Positions 39,301 through 52,706 of a DNA stretch of 64,000 nt are shown here, piece by piece. The position numbers were made by a program, and so were the translations under genes. The stretch is taken from contig NW_002060943.1 of assembly GCF_000150275.1 (NCBI RefSeq), positions 2,632,462 to 2,696,461 on the forward strand, in the 5' to 3' direction. The notes beneath the pieces were generated by a model, which searched no databases, was not told the DNA's origin, and saw only the letters and a list, made by a program, of their open reading frames with translations. Origin of the DNA: Trichoplax adhaerens (Eukaryota > Animalia > Placozoa). The stretch's first letter is position 1. Each line of letters opens with the position of its first letter.

Positions 39301-42300
39301 AACTTCAGTACCTTCTGTAAATGCTGCTACATCGTTAGATTTTACTAAATTTTCATCTTGCCGAGTTTTCAGGTTGATATCGTTCTTCTGTCCACCAGTG
39401 GTTAATTCTTTATGATCTTGGCTATTCATTATCGTATTTGTGTTAGCATTGGTGTCATAGAGATTATTATTGTCATTGCCTTCCAAAATTTCAAGTTTCC
39501 TGCAAGGAGATTAGAAATAAATTTCAGGCTGTTGGAGCTTGTAGTTACACTAGTTTAAGATATTAATTAGGCACGTTATTTTGAATGTTTTAAGGATATA
39601 AACTTTCGCTAATATACTGGACACGCAATATTAATTTTTTTAAGTATTGTCTTGCAGATAAATACTCTGTCAGTATCCGCGAACCAATTCAATAAAATAA
39701 TCATACTTTGATAATTCAGCGGCATTATCCCAAGGAACACCAAAGTTATCAACACTTTGATTTTCTGTTACGTTCGACTGATCTGAAAACAGTAAGAGCA
39801 GGTAAGTCAAAACGTAATACCTTCAAAATGAAGCCATTGATTCCAAATGTTGAAGCTTAAAAAATTTTAGCGACAGCAAAATGGATACTTTAATAATAAT
39901 TTTTATTAATTTAATCTTTTTTAGTTGTTCAACAATTGCAACATAATTAAACCAGGCTGCATAATTCCTATTGATATTAACATGTCTGGTTGATATAACG
40001 GTAGTGATAGTGAGTGATACAAGTATTATACGTTGTTTAGGGCATTACACAAGTTGGATAATGTGAAAGATGACATACTGCTTAGTATACGCGTAAATGT
40101 CTATAATTCTAGCCGCCAAACTTCTAGGCATTGCCAGCATAAATTTTACCAATTATTTTTATCATCCAATATGACCATTAATGGCGATGTATAAAGCACT
40201 AGATGAGTATATGTGTTGTCTGTAATATATCAACCCACATCAACCCTGCTAATAAGGCAATTTCATTGTTTAGGTGAGGATCAACGAATGTAACTGATCT
40301 ATATTTATATATGTATCTTGAGATTAAAAAGTAACTTAAGGGTTATTAAGAAATATCTTTTTGTTTTTGTCAGTCTAGAGAACTTGATAAGTTATCATAT
40401 TCTCTACAAATTATACATACGCTGTATCTTTTACAATTTTAAAAAAGTACGCATATGTACGCTTGCTACCTAGAAATTACTGCTAAACAATTAATTTATA
40501 CTTGTACTTTTAGCATCACTAAATTCGATAGCACTATTTACAAACCACAACAGATACCTGAAAAGCAATACGGATAACCGTAAATATATTATACATTACA
40601 ATAGTTACAATAGCCATAAAAGATAGTTTGTACAGTATTTTGTTGTTTAATTCCCGTATTAAATGAGCAAATAAAAATATCATGATCAAATAGAAAGGTA
40701 TACACGTACGCATTATTAAGAAAGAACCAATGAAAAAATAATTTCATAGCATTACCCATTTTATTTTTATGCTTGAACACGATAGTAGTTTGTAACATTA
40801 CTGATATTACCACGCACGTACAGAGCAGCTGTTATGTAATCTTAATGAAAGTACCGATCACATTATTTCTAGTTTAGTGGTGCCTTCATTATAATCATTC
40901 AAGAAAAAAAAAGCTAGTAGAATTATCGGGTAAAAAAGACCGTGTAGCAGATATGCTGTACATTAGTACATATACATAGTACAGCACTGCATATTGCAGA
41001 ATACAATACGTAGATCCTTGTTACACTTCAAATTCCAGCAGACATCCATCTTATAGTCGATGCTGTACTGATCAATTAATCCACAGTGATCATTTAATGA
41101 CAGTGCAACAGCAACGAAATAATACAGTACACTGATGTACATTAAGATTGATATCGACATTCCTTCAGGCTAATAATATTGCTACTTCTATAATGTTACA
41201 TGACTACTTATACCAACTGTCAACAAACTAAATACCATTTACGCCATTGCTTTTCGAAAACAACTTAACATAATAGCTGATCGTGTACTAATCAAACTAG
41301 AATTAATAATAGCAGTTTTTCTACTTTTTTAAAATTCACTGTGAAAATATACGTAACTATTGTCAATAGGTATTAAAAGAGAAAGTTTACAACAATTACT
41401 TGGTAAAGGCATTATTCTTTAAATTATACATTAGTGGCTACTACAAGGTCTACTTTTTTTTGAGTAATCTCTGCTACTACAAGCTACCAAGTATTTATTA
41501 TACTGTATGATGAGATTATAATACTGCATAATATAATCAATAACTTTCACTTACTACTGCAGCTACGATGTAGTTGGATAAAGTCATTTTTCTTCCTTTT
41601 GATTCATTCACAACAACAACGATTTACTCGTACATAGTGATTCACTATTGATTGATAAGAGCGTAAAAGCGACAGTTGCACTCTTATTCATTCAAAATGT
41701 TGTACAACACTAACTTCCAACGATTGCTGACTCAAGATTAGGTGTTTACTATGATAGAGGGAAATGGAAGGTTAAGATCAAAATGGTCGAATGAAATCAC
41801 GATTGTGGAGATACATTAATCAATTAAAAACCTTCCGATAAAATGATTATAGTCTAAATCCGGAATTAAGTAGTGCGAGCAACTCTGTTTATTACAGTCA
41901 ATCATACTCTAAGTAAGTTCAACTCGTTTCAATATTAGTGCAACAAGCTAGGGCAAATAGTGATCAATATTATCAATAGTGTTGTGAAGGAAAAGCCGAC
42001 TATTGCTGTTTGCAGTAACTAACCCCCCCCCCCCCCTTGTCTAATTATTTTATAACTGTTGGCCATGATACAGTTTTTTCAATGATAACATAAAATAAAT
42101 TCGTCTATTTACTCTCGCACCTAGAATGATAGCGACGCGATGTGATCGAATCTAAAGCTATCATAGATGATATAATTGAATTTTGGGGGTATAAGACATC
42201 TTTGTTTAGAAGCGATCGCTTTGTGAATAAAAAGTACTACCTTATAAGAAGGAAGTCAATAATGAAGCTATTGAAAATAGACCTCAATGTTTGGATACAA

Positions 42301-42831
42301 CAAATTGGTTAAAGTGATCATGTACTGTAACGTTCGGAGAAAAATGACAAGAAAAATTGATATTTGAAATCGATTAATCTAAGCGTTGCACGAAAACTAA
42401 AATAGCATAAGTAATACGCGGTACAGTACTACTGTTTAGTTTGTCATCAAGTTAAGATGGCTGTTGACAGGAATAGATCGATTCAGATTCTACGTTCTAA
42501 TAGTGGCATTTCTATTTTTTTTACAAGGATACTTAACATTTGCAGTATGTACATGAGTCAACGCATAAACAACTAAATCTAGGTGAATTAAAACCCTTCT
42601 ACCATCGTCCAAAATTACTATTACACTTTACAGAAGATGTTGAAATGCCCAAATTGTCAGATGTTATCGTCTCGCTTTAGCAGCAGTACTGATTCGCATC
42701 CATTCCTGTCATTCATCTATTTGGACTAAATACGATTTAATAGTATTGAATATTGAAAGCTTACCGTCTTTGTCTCCGGGTATCCCTTCTTGGATAGGGT
42801 GGACATTTGCATTGGCTTGATCATCGGCCAT
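36354..42831 (-). CDS. Stonin (stoned-B family) endocytic adaptor, ~1060 aa, 4 coding exons
   Basis: Exons 42831-42765, 39782-39707, 39499-39207 and 39106-36354 are phase-compatible. The disordered N-terminus has WxxF motifs (WEQF, WVTFDDDD) and three NPF motifs. A stonin homology domain follows (MLLRVPEKKRKVRSRRWKKVIV; FKFGATSY), then a mu-homology domain (LAFVSGMTPCTIELND, FHCCVD, IEFKPVDGSEFQLMRF, FSIPYSHASGIIVRSV). It is probably the pre-duplication orthologue of STON1/STON2. Confidence 0.92.
42022..42036. repeat. Poly-C tract in a stonin intron
   Basis: About 14 consecutive C in otherwise AT-rich sequence. Confidence 0.9.
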
Positions 42832-44284
42832 AATTCAATTTCTCGATTTTTGTCAAATACTGATTAATTATCAATTGCTTTATAATTTGCTTTTAGTAAG
42901 GTTTGGACCACAGAACGTATGGGTAGCACTCGTCTCTATCGCTAGCGTTAGTAGCCTTGATGGCCGCTGAGGAGTACAATTCAGATCAAGTGGTCTTCCT
43001 AGTGGCCCAAAGTGACTTTGAAATGGAGAATGACCTCACAGGCTTGCCCTATAAATAGTTAAAGTAGAATAGGTTGAGAACAAGGTCTCAAATGAACATG
43101 TTTCAACATCAATTGCTTTTGTATTTAAAACACTTTAAAGCATCTCATTTTGATCAGGTTCTGATCAAAAGGTTATCGATCTCAATTGATGATTTCTATC
43201 GATGATCAACTCTACTTAGGCAGGATTAAGCCTATCCAGTGTTTGCAGATGTCGTTCATGATTTCAGGCCAACTTTTAGCCATCATTGTACCGTACAATA
43301 GGACTACAACACTGACCCTAATTTTTCTCATTTGAAACCATCCTTGAACTAACTACAAATCTGATGTAGGTTCCTTATAAACGCCTAATAAAGTCGCCAT
43401 CGTTGGCTAGCTGGATGATGTAGAAACAACAGAGATTGCCTTTGTAAAATTTCAATCTTTGTTGAAAAAAATTTACTTTGGTAATACCGATCGCATACTA
43501 CACGTCGGCTTCATGGTCATGAACGTAGGACAAAGTGGTAGACAGCTATTTTCAAAGACAAAATTAAAATGGACGACCTATTTCATCCACTAGAGATGGA
43601 TATATACAGTAGTCTTGGATCAAAGTGGCAGCCATTTTTTTGTAGCAAGGACAAGGCATGATCGAGGAGAGATGACGCCAATGTCGGATGATTCGATTAC
43701 ATGACGCATCAAGCGAATGACTCGACCTTACCGTCAATCACGTTAACGCGACGTGCGTGCTAGAACATGGACGCATCCAGTATTGTAGACATAAAATCCA
43801 GTTGCACAAGAACAGTAAATTATTTCTATCGTATCTCTCTATGGTGGTCGAGAAGTTAAAAAATGGCTAAGAAAAAAATTGGTGAATTCAATTTGTTACT
43901 TTGCCAAGTACAGCAGCAGTCAAGGCTTGATTTTGGGTGAATTTCTTACCGGTTCATTTTCAGGCAGTGAAGTCAATCATTGTTCCTTGGTGATGTGGAA
44001 TATCACGAGTTTATACTGTAAAGTGCTCTACTCTCTCAAAGAGGATAATGTTACGTTTCGTCACTCAGCAGCGCCTACACTGTAACTGTTTTGTACTGTA
44101 TAAGTGTTGGTTTGACGACTACAAAGTAGAAACAAGACTATCCAGTTGTTGTGTAATTCTTTACGCTGAAAATGTTAAGCTATCACAACACTCCAAAAAG
44201 TCTTAAAAATAACATGAAACTTTTTGAAATGATTACGCTAGACAGCAGGCCGACCGTTAACGTATCACGTCAGATTTGCCTAGC

Positions 44285-45155
44285 GTTTACAGTACAGTAC
44301 AGTTGTACGATGTACAGTACTCTAGGCAATTTTCTTGTACTGTACAGTACTGTACTGTACTGTACGTGTACTGCACAGTACAGTACAGCGTTTGGAATGG
44401 CGATACTGTACTGTACAGTACTGTACGTCACTCGTCGCGGGGGAGTGTGCATTGCACTCGGCTATAGTACTGTACAATACAATGTTCACGTACTGTACAC
44501 TGTACAGTATCGACCACAAGAAGGAGATTTTCTGGTGATCTCTAACCGTATAATGTCTCTATCAATCATTCATTTCTGTTGGGTAAAATATCATTTTGTA
44601 AAGTTGCTCTATTCAACAATTTGATATCAATTTGTTATTTCAGTATTTGCCTTACTCTAAAAGTAACAACCTTTATAAATATAAAATGAACATTGTAACA
44701 ATGCTTATGACAGCCTTACGTGGTACTGTACTGTACTAGACGTTGCAAAATGACTGCAGAGTACAGCGGTACCGTAATAAAAGTCTATCCATCACCATCA
44801 CATTTTATTTGTACTCTACTATCAGCGACTTCTCAATGATAAATCATGCCCCAAATATGGTCAAATTTCAAGATCGCCATAAAGAGAGTCAGGGGCTTCT
44901 CAATGATAAATCATACCCAAAAAATGGTCAAATTTCAAAATCGTAGTCTCTCTTTATTACAATTTTGAAATTTGACCATTTTTAAGGTACTGTACACTGT
45001 ACAGTACAGTACTGTACAGTAGAGTATGATTTATCAATGACAAGTCCCTAGTACTGTACTGTACGCAACATGCACTGTACATACTGTACTGTACAGTACA
45101 GTACGTAGTACGGTACGTACAGTACACTGATACTGGAATGTACTGTACACTGTAC
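44285..45155. repeat. TACAG/CTGTA pentamer clusters flanking a three-copy (direct + inverted) ~65-bp element in the stonin / formin divergent region
   Basis: Pentamer clusters at ~44285-44510 and ~44985-45155. The unit CTTCTCAATGATAAATCAT...ATGGTCAAATTTCAA occurs at 44829-44888 and 44891-44946, and inverted at 44948-45049. Confidence 0.9.
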
Positions 45156-45539
45156 ACCAAGGGTTCTGCCATGGGCTGAAAACGCTACCCGAACCCGATA
45201 AAATGGATGATTTTCGAACCCGAAATGAGTGCAATCGCTATAAATTTAAACACTATATCTTACCACAGAAAGAGTATATTATGCATTCCGTATCTAGTAA
45301 TTCGATCTTATCGTTAACCCGTTATCTTCCATCCTGCTAGGTTATACAGGTAGGAAATATGTCTCGCCACCGTTGCGATGTAACTTCCAGTCAATCCAGG
45401 TTCCAGCGGAATACGATAAGATGAAGGAGGGAGGGATCTAACAACCACGTTCTGTCTCGACTTTAATAAGATTCCACCACTAAATCATCATTGTAATTCA
45501 TATTGACTTGCTGCCTCAGCACTTTGCAATTGTCTTTGC

Positions 45540-45725
45540 CATTACTTGCCGCCAATTATTTGCTGTCGCGGTAGCGCATTACTTGCAGCAAGGGTCGCGG
45601 TCCATTACTTACCGCGATGGGCTTCATTTTACAATTGCTGTCGCAGGAGCCGTATTTACTGACACCAAGGTCGCCGTTCATTACTGACCATGATGGGTCT
45701 TCATTTTACTCTTGCTGCTGTGGCC
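45540..45725. repeat. Degenerate GC-richer tandem repeat (~77-bp unit, ~25-bp subunits carrying CATTACT)
   Basis: TTGCTGTCGC...GGTCGC..TCCATTACT.ACC..GATGGG.CTTCATTTTAC occurs twice (~45560 and ~45635), with a partial third copy. Confidence 0.75.
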
Positions 45726-46829
45726 GTTCTGGGCCACCGTAGGTTTCGGCTTGACTATACAATCCAATTGTTTCAACTACCAAACCATCGACAGGTATAA
45801 TGGAGCACTGATGCATAATGGTGCGGATTGAACTGCTAACCGATTCACTAAAATGAGGACCATGAATGTCATCCATTTGCATTTGATAGTTCACAGTCGA
45901 CTACTGTATTTTCAGCTCGTTAGAGTATATCCAAGTGAAATATATATATAGTATAGATAAGGAGGAGTACTTACAATCCCTCTTTAACATTGTGGATTAG
46001 TGATTCAGGCTCGAGCTTTCTAATGGGAATTCGTATGTTGTGCCCAGCATAGTTATCAATTCGATCGTAGTAGACGCGTAGCAGTTATACTAGGATTAAC
46101 TTGATACTTTTGACGGGGATTCGCTTGTACTATCGATTAGTCTAATTTACATTGCAAATCATCTTCGCAGATACTGCTATATTACTGCACAATTTCTACA
46201 ATGAGCGTAAATATATTTTAATTGGGTAGACTCTAGCAAATAGTATCCAAGATTTTAGAAACATAAATCCAGTAACCTGATGATAATACTTGAGCAACTG
46301 AAACTTGCAAAACATTATGTTGTGATACTCATGAATAAAAGCTAATCGACAATAAGTGGATTAGGCTGCATTGGAACACTTTCAGATAGCAAAAATTTAC
46401 CGGCCGCAAAGTCATATAATTGAAGTCATGTACACGGTGATCTTCGCCTTAAAGCGGATATCGCAAATAATCTCCGTCAACATAGTACTAGCCAAATTGA
46501 TGATGAAATCACTGACACCTTGAAGTTATTTACACCTTTGCAGTCGTTATTCAATGAGATCTATAATTAATTAATGATAAATCCTTATCAGTATATACTG
46601 CCTTATCTTGGAAATTGAGAAACTATATACTGTAAGCTAAATTGATTGGATAGCAGAAACAAATTTCAATATTTAAGCATCACTAACTTATCAAATTTGA
46701 GCAAATTGCGACCACCTTTTACCAACTTTTCAATAATCAAAACAGTTTCAATCTCATATCATTGTGAATACAAATGACGCTGCTTCTATAATCTGCTCCA
46801 ATGCTACCGCATGCAATCAGGATAGTCGA

Positions 46830-49800
46830 ATGGCCAATAATGATTCTAATTTGCAGGACAGCCACGATGGCAATCCTCCTATCTTTACGACTACAAACTT
46901 TACGCGGCATCACAACAACGTTGGCGGATCTATTCATATCACCATTCAGATCCACGTTCAACCAGAAAAACATCACGAAAACTATGGTCAAATTGATAAT
47001 CAGTCGACATCAAAACGTGAAGACGAAGCACCATCATCAGGTCATGAAAATAGAATCCACTCTTGTAAAAGCTTATCACCTTTAATTTCATCTTACGAAA
47101 ATGAAAATTATCCTTTAGGACTGAATCATAACGATCTCGAAAGCCACGCCATTCGCAGTTATCATACATTGCCCAGATGTTTACGTTCAAGGTCGAATCA
47201 GTTAAGTGATGGACTAAATTATAAGGTAAATAAGATTGTGCTAAACACAAGGTTTATATTGAGTTAAACTACAGACAATTTAGGAGACAAAATAATTTCA
47301 TTACCATAATTTCCTGAATTGTAAAATAAAATAAATATCTCAGGTTACATCAAAAATAGAGAGGATTCCTAAATTATTTCTCTTACAGATGAGGAAAAGT
47401 AATCATGAAAAGGTTTCAGTCGACGAGAGTAAAACAGATACTCAAACTTGTGAATCGAAACTTCCTTTTAAGGATGTTGCAATGAGTAGCAATACCGAAA
47501 GGCTATTATTCCATAATGATACTAAGTTATCTGAGGGTATATAATTCTATCAATCCATTATCTTAGCAGATTATACAGTAGTATGTCATCGAAAATTCAC
47601 CTTTACTTGACTAATTTTTTATTTCCATTTATAATATGATCATCTTTCAATACGTACATTAAGACCTTGGCTCCAATCAAAATTCGGATATTAAAACATC
47701 ATTAATGACAGTCGGGCGGCCGTTGACTAGCGGTAATCCATCTTCTGGTACCCTTATAATAATATAATCGATAGCTTTTCATATTGTAATTTAAATGGAT
47801 ACAACTTACACTTAGTCCATCATCTCGTATCTTGTGTAGCTCAACAAACCCAAAAAGACACTATGCAATCGATCAGCTTACCTCCCATAATATCAGCTAA
47901 CAACATCGATGGTGTCATTACAACGACTAATCCGTCATCATTAGGAACTCGAAACAAACAATTCAGCCAGAAGACAATTTCTAATTCACCCTCATTTCGA
48001 AAATTGGCAAATAACAAAACGCTCTATGATAACGAAGAATTGCCCAATCCCGATACTATCATTGAGTTTTCAACTAGATCAAAAGGTGAGATCAGATTCT
48101 ATATGCTGTACTATACATTAGAGATGGAGCCCCTTTCTTCTTTTAGCTATGTTCACAAAATTGATACCAATTAACACCTTTGTGAATAAAATATTACGGC
48201 AGAAATACCTATACCTCCTCCATTGCCACCTGATACCACCTCGTCTAACATAAATCTATATCCGAACGAGAGTAAGCATCTATTTTACAAGGCATAATTT
48301 TCTTCAGTGAGCCCATACTCCTGTGTCTGATTTTCAAGAGACTCATTGTTTAAATGCTTCTCTCTGTAAACCAATTTCTGAGAAGCGATAGAGAAAGATG
48401 ATCTTAAAATTATATCGTCGCCAGATACCTTCCAACCTCCATCACTACCTCCTCAGCCACCACCTCCTCCACCTCCGCCTCCACCACTACCTCCTCCACC
48501 TCCGCCTCCACCACTACCTCCTCAGCCACCACCTCCTCCACCTCCACCACTACAGCCACAACAACACAAATCCTTATCAAAAGTATCAGGTATCGGTAAC
48601 CTTGAGCAAAATAAAATTCAACCTCAATATCCTTCGCTACAAGTAATTTCCGTAACCGGTTCTCAAATATCCCTCAGCTGGATTAACTATTCCTCCACCT
48701 CCATTACCACAAATTGGAATGCATTCAAGGCCTGCTGGAGACTTATCGCAGCAACATCAACGCTGTACACAGGGTAATTGTAAGCACTATGCTAGCTGTA
48801 GTAGTTAAAAATTCCTACTAAGATGAACGCCATCTCAGGAGGAATTATATTAGTACGAGTTTTTCTCACATAGCTGATATATTTGTGGATATACGAGTAT
48901 GCATAGAAACTAATTTACGTAGTTCTGGCTAATAAAGTCGATTTGACTTCTTACAGTACATATTTTTTCATCTCCATCTCTTACAGTTCCTCAACCTATA
49001 ACACTGAAACCAATATTTTGGAAAAAAATTAGAATTCCGTGCCCAAGTCTAAGTTCTCAGTAGGTCAATACTATTGCAAAATGGTATCTGGTAAGTTCTT
49101 GTAATAAGATGTACTAACTATTTCTTGAAATTACTTTATTTCATTATTTATGATTTTAGAACTGACCGAACTGTATGGCAAATTTTACCTGAAATTACAG
49201 TAGATGATACAGAATTGTGTATTCTATTCCCATCACGGACTAAACCTTTAAGTAAAACCAGAAAGATAAATCGACAACCTATAAAACCGGTCAGAAATAG
49301 ATAGGTTCAATCTACTAAAAGTTTCATTTCTTATGTAAGATGTATAATAAAATAATAATGGACTTAATGGACCTAGTCGAGAAATATAAATAATTTCAAG
49401 CTGTAAAATTGCCTTTATTAGCTGCTAATCAAGTTTTATTAAATTATCTATCTTTTATAAAATTATATCGGAATTATCATTTTATTGATCTGTTTAGTCA
49501 AGAGCAAAGTATCTTGACCATAAAAGATCGCAATCTATCGGAATATTTATGAAGACATTACGCTATAGTCTCGCTGAAATTAGGCAAGGTATTTAATAGA
49601 GGTAATCTAATTACATTCTAGTCACTTAGATCTAGAGGTGTTGATAGAAGTTTAAGCTCTGTAAGAGACATGCAGTGTGGTGTTAAGGTGAATGCTATTC
49701 CGAAATTAAAGCCTCTCTTTTACCCCTATGATACATTTAAAAGTAAAATCTTAATCATAATCATCTGAACGAATGTGAGTGAGTTAACAGATGCCGGTAT

Positions 49801-52706
49801 TATTCAATTATTTCGATAGAGTGTAGATATTCAATTGTAAGCTTATAAAGTACCTACAGTCTACTATATTCCGTTAATGTAGCTACAAATCTTACAAGCA
49901 ATCCCGAATTTCATGTCACCTATTAAGCCTTTATTCCTAAAATTCTCGTCAAGATATACCGTAACTGGTAATAAATCTTATCATACCAGGATGTTGTAAT
50001 CCGGCACTCTTTAAGATAATCAAACATCAAATGTGTTTCTCTATGATATAGTGAACTTGTACATTTTAAATTCTGAAATTTTTCACATATGCTAAATCTT
50101 AAGGTCAAACCGTTTCAACTACCATCATTTTGATATAATGATCATTTTCTGCTGTGAACAGCGATTTTGAATCTCAACATTAACATTTTACCCGAAGATC
50201 TGTATCAGACACTATACCGATTGGTAAGTTAGAGAATCGTAAGCAAACAGCAATACTTTATGGTATATTTTATCAATATTTGTCTACTTCAGCGTCCAAC
50301 ATTAGAAGAAATCAATAAAATTAAACAACATATGAAAAAATCGCCGCAACAACCGCTAGATGAACCAGAAGAGTAAAAGAAATATCAACATACTAATATA
50401 AACTTCTAATAGCGATGCGTGTATATTAATATCATCCACGGAGATGGCTGTCTTTATTTACTAATTATACAACCAGTTATTGTCACAATAAATATTTATT
50501 AATACCGGAATTATAATTCACCGTTTAGAAAATTTTAGGTGCTAATAATTCCCTATTTTATTATGCAGATTTATCATGAAATTGTCTGAAATTCCATTTC
50601 TCAACGAGCGGCTTGCTTATATATGTTATGCTACAAGCTTTGATGACAACTTAACGATGATTAAGGAAATGTTGAAACTTTGCCAGAGTGTGTGCAAGGT
50701 TTGCAGTATACTTAGACTTACAGACAAAAAGATTATGATAGTGCAATAATTTCAAAAGCGAAGAAATTAAGCAATAAAATTGTTTATTTCATATTGAAAC
50801 TTTGATTACTTTCTAGGAATTACGTGAAAGTCTTGGTCTTCGGAAATTATTGTCTGTTGTAAGAACTATTGGAAATCGCATGAATTTAGGTAGCTAACAC
50901 TTAAAATAATATGCAAACCATATAAATTCGAATAATTTTTTCGAGACAAAGAATATATATCTGGCTATGAAAGTTATTCTTAATCATGTACTGTAGCAAA
51001 ACGTCTGCTAGCAGCTTTTAATTAGTACCGTAGAGAAACAAAATGAAATAGATCATGCTAGCAATTACTCTAGCCTAAAAGTAAGAAAGTATTATATATA
51101 AATTGATCCATATACAGTACTGAAAAAATGAAATTAAACTATGGAGATAATTAAAATAGACACACCGTAAATTTTAATCATTTCCTTGAGCAGGCAATTT
51201 ACAAAGAGGAAATGCAGATGGTTTTGATGTTGCAATTTTAACCAAGTTGAAGGATATCCGTAGTCAGGTAGATCATTTGTCAATAAAATAGTATTTTGGC
51301 TCTTTCTATTGAAGATATTCATAAGCGATAGATAAATGATGATTGTATGGAATGGTCTCTTTAGAAGGTCAATTCTTGCGTAAATAAGGTGTAACAGTAA
51401 AACTGGAGTATTCGAAAATTAAAAACTTTTCTGCTATCAATCTTAATTTTTCCTAAATCGAAATTTTGCGATTATTGGTCTACGTATGTTAGATCATTTT
51501 GCGTCGTATACATCTATGATATTTTAAACATTTAAATGTATTACTAAATCCAATTCAATTTAATGAATACTATATTAGCTGTAATTTAACATACGTGTAT
51601 TATTTTTTCAGTATCTATTTCGCAAATGTTATTTATAGTTGCCTTGTTGATAAGTCATATGTCCAATTTCAGGATGGGAAGTCAAATTTATTAGCCTTTT
51701 TAGTGCTTTGGTGTAGACAACATCTCGATAAGGCATGCTATTTAAATATGTAAAATATTTCTAATTATTTAAGTACTACCTGAGTGTTTAAATAGTAATT
51801 TACTTAGTTTTCAATACCTAAGCATGCATCAGTAATGAATGTCAACGATGAGCGGCATTTGAGTTACACATCATGGACCTAGATAACACAGATGCTTACA
51901 CAATGACTCTGCTTTCATTTGAGTCTTATTAGTGCGTTATATTATAATTATTGGCAACGTATAGGAGCTATTATTTCAGAGAGTTAGAATATCGATTACT
52001 GCTTCGTAAATTTAGAAATTTTAATTTTGAAGTATCTCGATAATGTCAGTATATCATTTTATTTCAGGAATTTCAGTTGTCATTACCAGATATAAATCTG
52101 CTATCGAAAGCGTCTCAGTTAGATTTCGATGTCATTAATGAGTTACTAAATAAATTAGATACAGAATTTAAAGGTAAGATATCTTTTAATTTAAAACTTC
52201 GAGATAGTAAATTATAAAAAATAAAGAATTCACCAATAAAATAAAGTTTTTTACACAGATTGCGAGCAAGGGGCTAAGCATATTCTATCTGAGATTTCCT
52301 CTTCCTCTCCTGTTCATAATCAGTTGCACAAGTTTATTAAAAGAGGTTAGCGATATTAAAAAATATAAGAGCTAATAAAGTAAATGTTATAGTTATTAGC
52401 AAGTATTATACCGTATAATTTAAGTGACTGTAACAGCATATTTGTAGCTCAAATTTCATTACTGGTTAAGTATAATTTCATACTATTAACCTAAATAATC
52501 AACTTGTTATTATTATCTTCAATTGAAATTCAGCTGAGAAAGAAATGAAGATATTGCATGATTCCCGAAAAGTAGCTATAAAAGCATACCAAGATCTATT
52601 ATACTTTTATTACGCGAAAGAATATCAAATCAACGAGTACAGTATCAAAGACTTTACGTCAATATTTTGTCAGTTGATGACTCAAATTCGAAACTGTCGA
52701 TATTGA
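46830..52706 (+). CDS. Formin, FMN/cappuccino subfamily (FH1 + FH2), ~18 exons
   Basis: Ser/Asn-rich N-terminal exons and poly-Pro FH1 (48392-48589 and flanking exons). FH2 motifs: TLKPIFWKKI, YLDHKRSQSIGIFM, PLDEPEEFIMKLSEIPFLNERL, IGNRMNLGNLQRGNADGFDVAILTKLKDIRS, LPDINLLSKASQLDFD. These best match FMN1/FMN2 (LDGKRSQTVGILI, RGQADG, LASQVKFE). Stop TGA at 52704-52706 is followed by AATAAA at 52709. The start ATG is tentative. Confidence 0.85.
48435..48560 (+). repeat. FH1 poly-proline coding repeat with internal duplications
   Basis: CCT/CCA codon runs, with CCTCCTCAGCCACCACCTCCTCCACCTCC twice and CCTCCGCCTCCACCACTACCT twice. Confidence 0.9.

Noticed and set aside
45158-45225. CAAGGGTTCT plus ACCCGAACCCGA, resembling a hAT transposon end
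   Set aside because: No partner inverted terminus, target-site duplication or transposase found; too short to support.
44172-45234. Cluster of overlapping short ORFs
   Set aside because: The same repeat-derived artefact.
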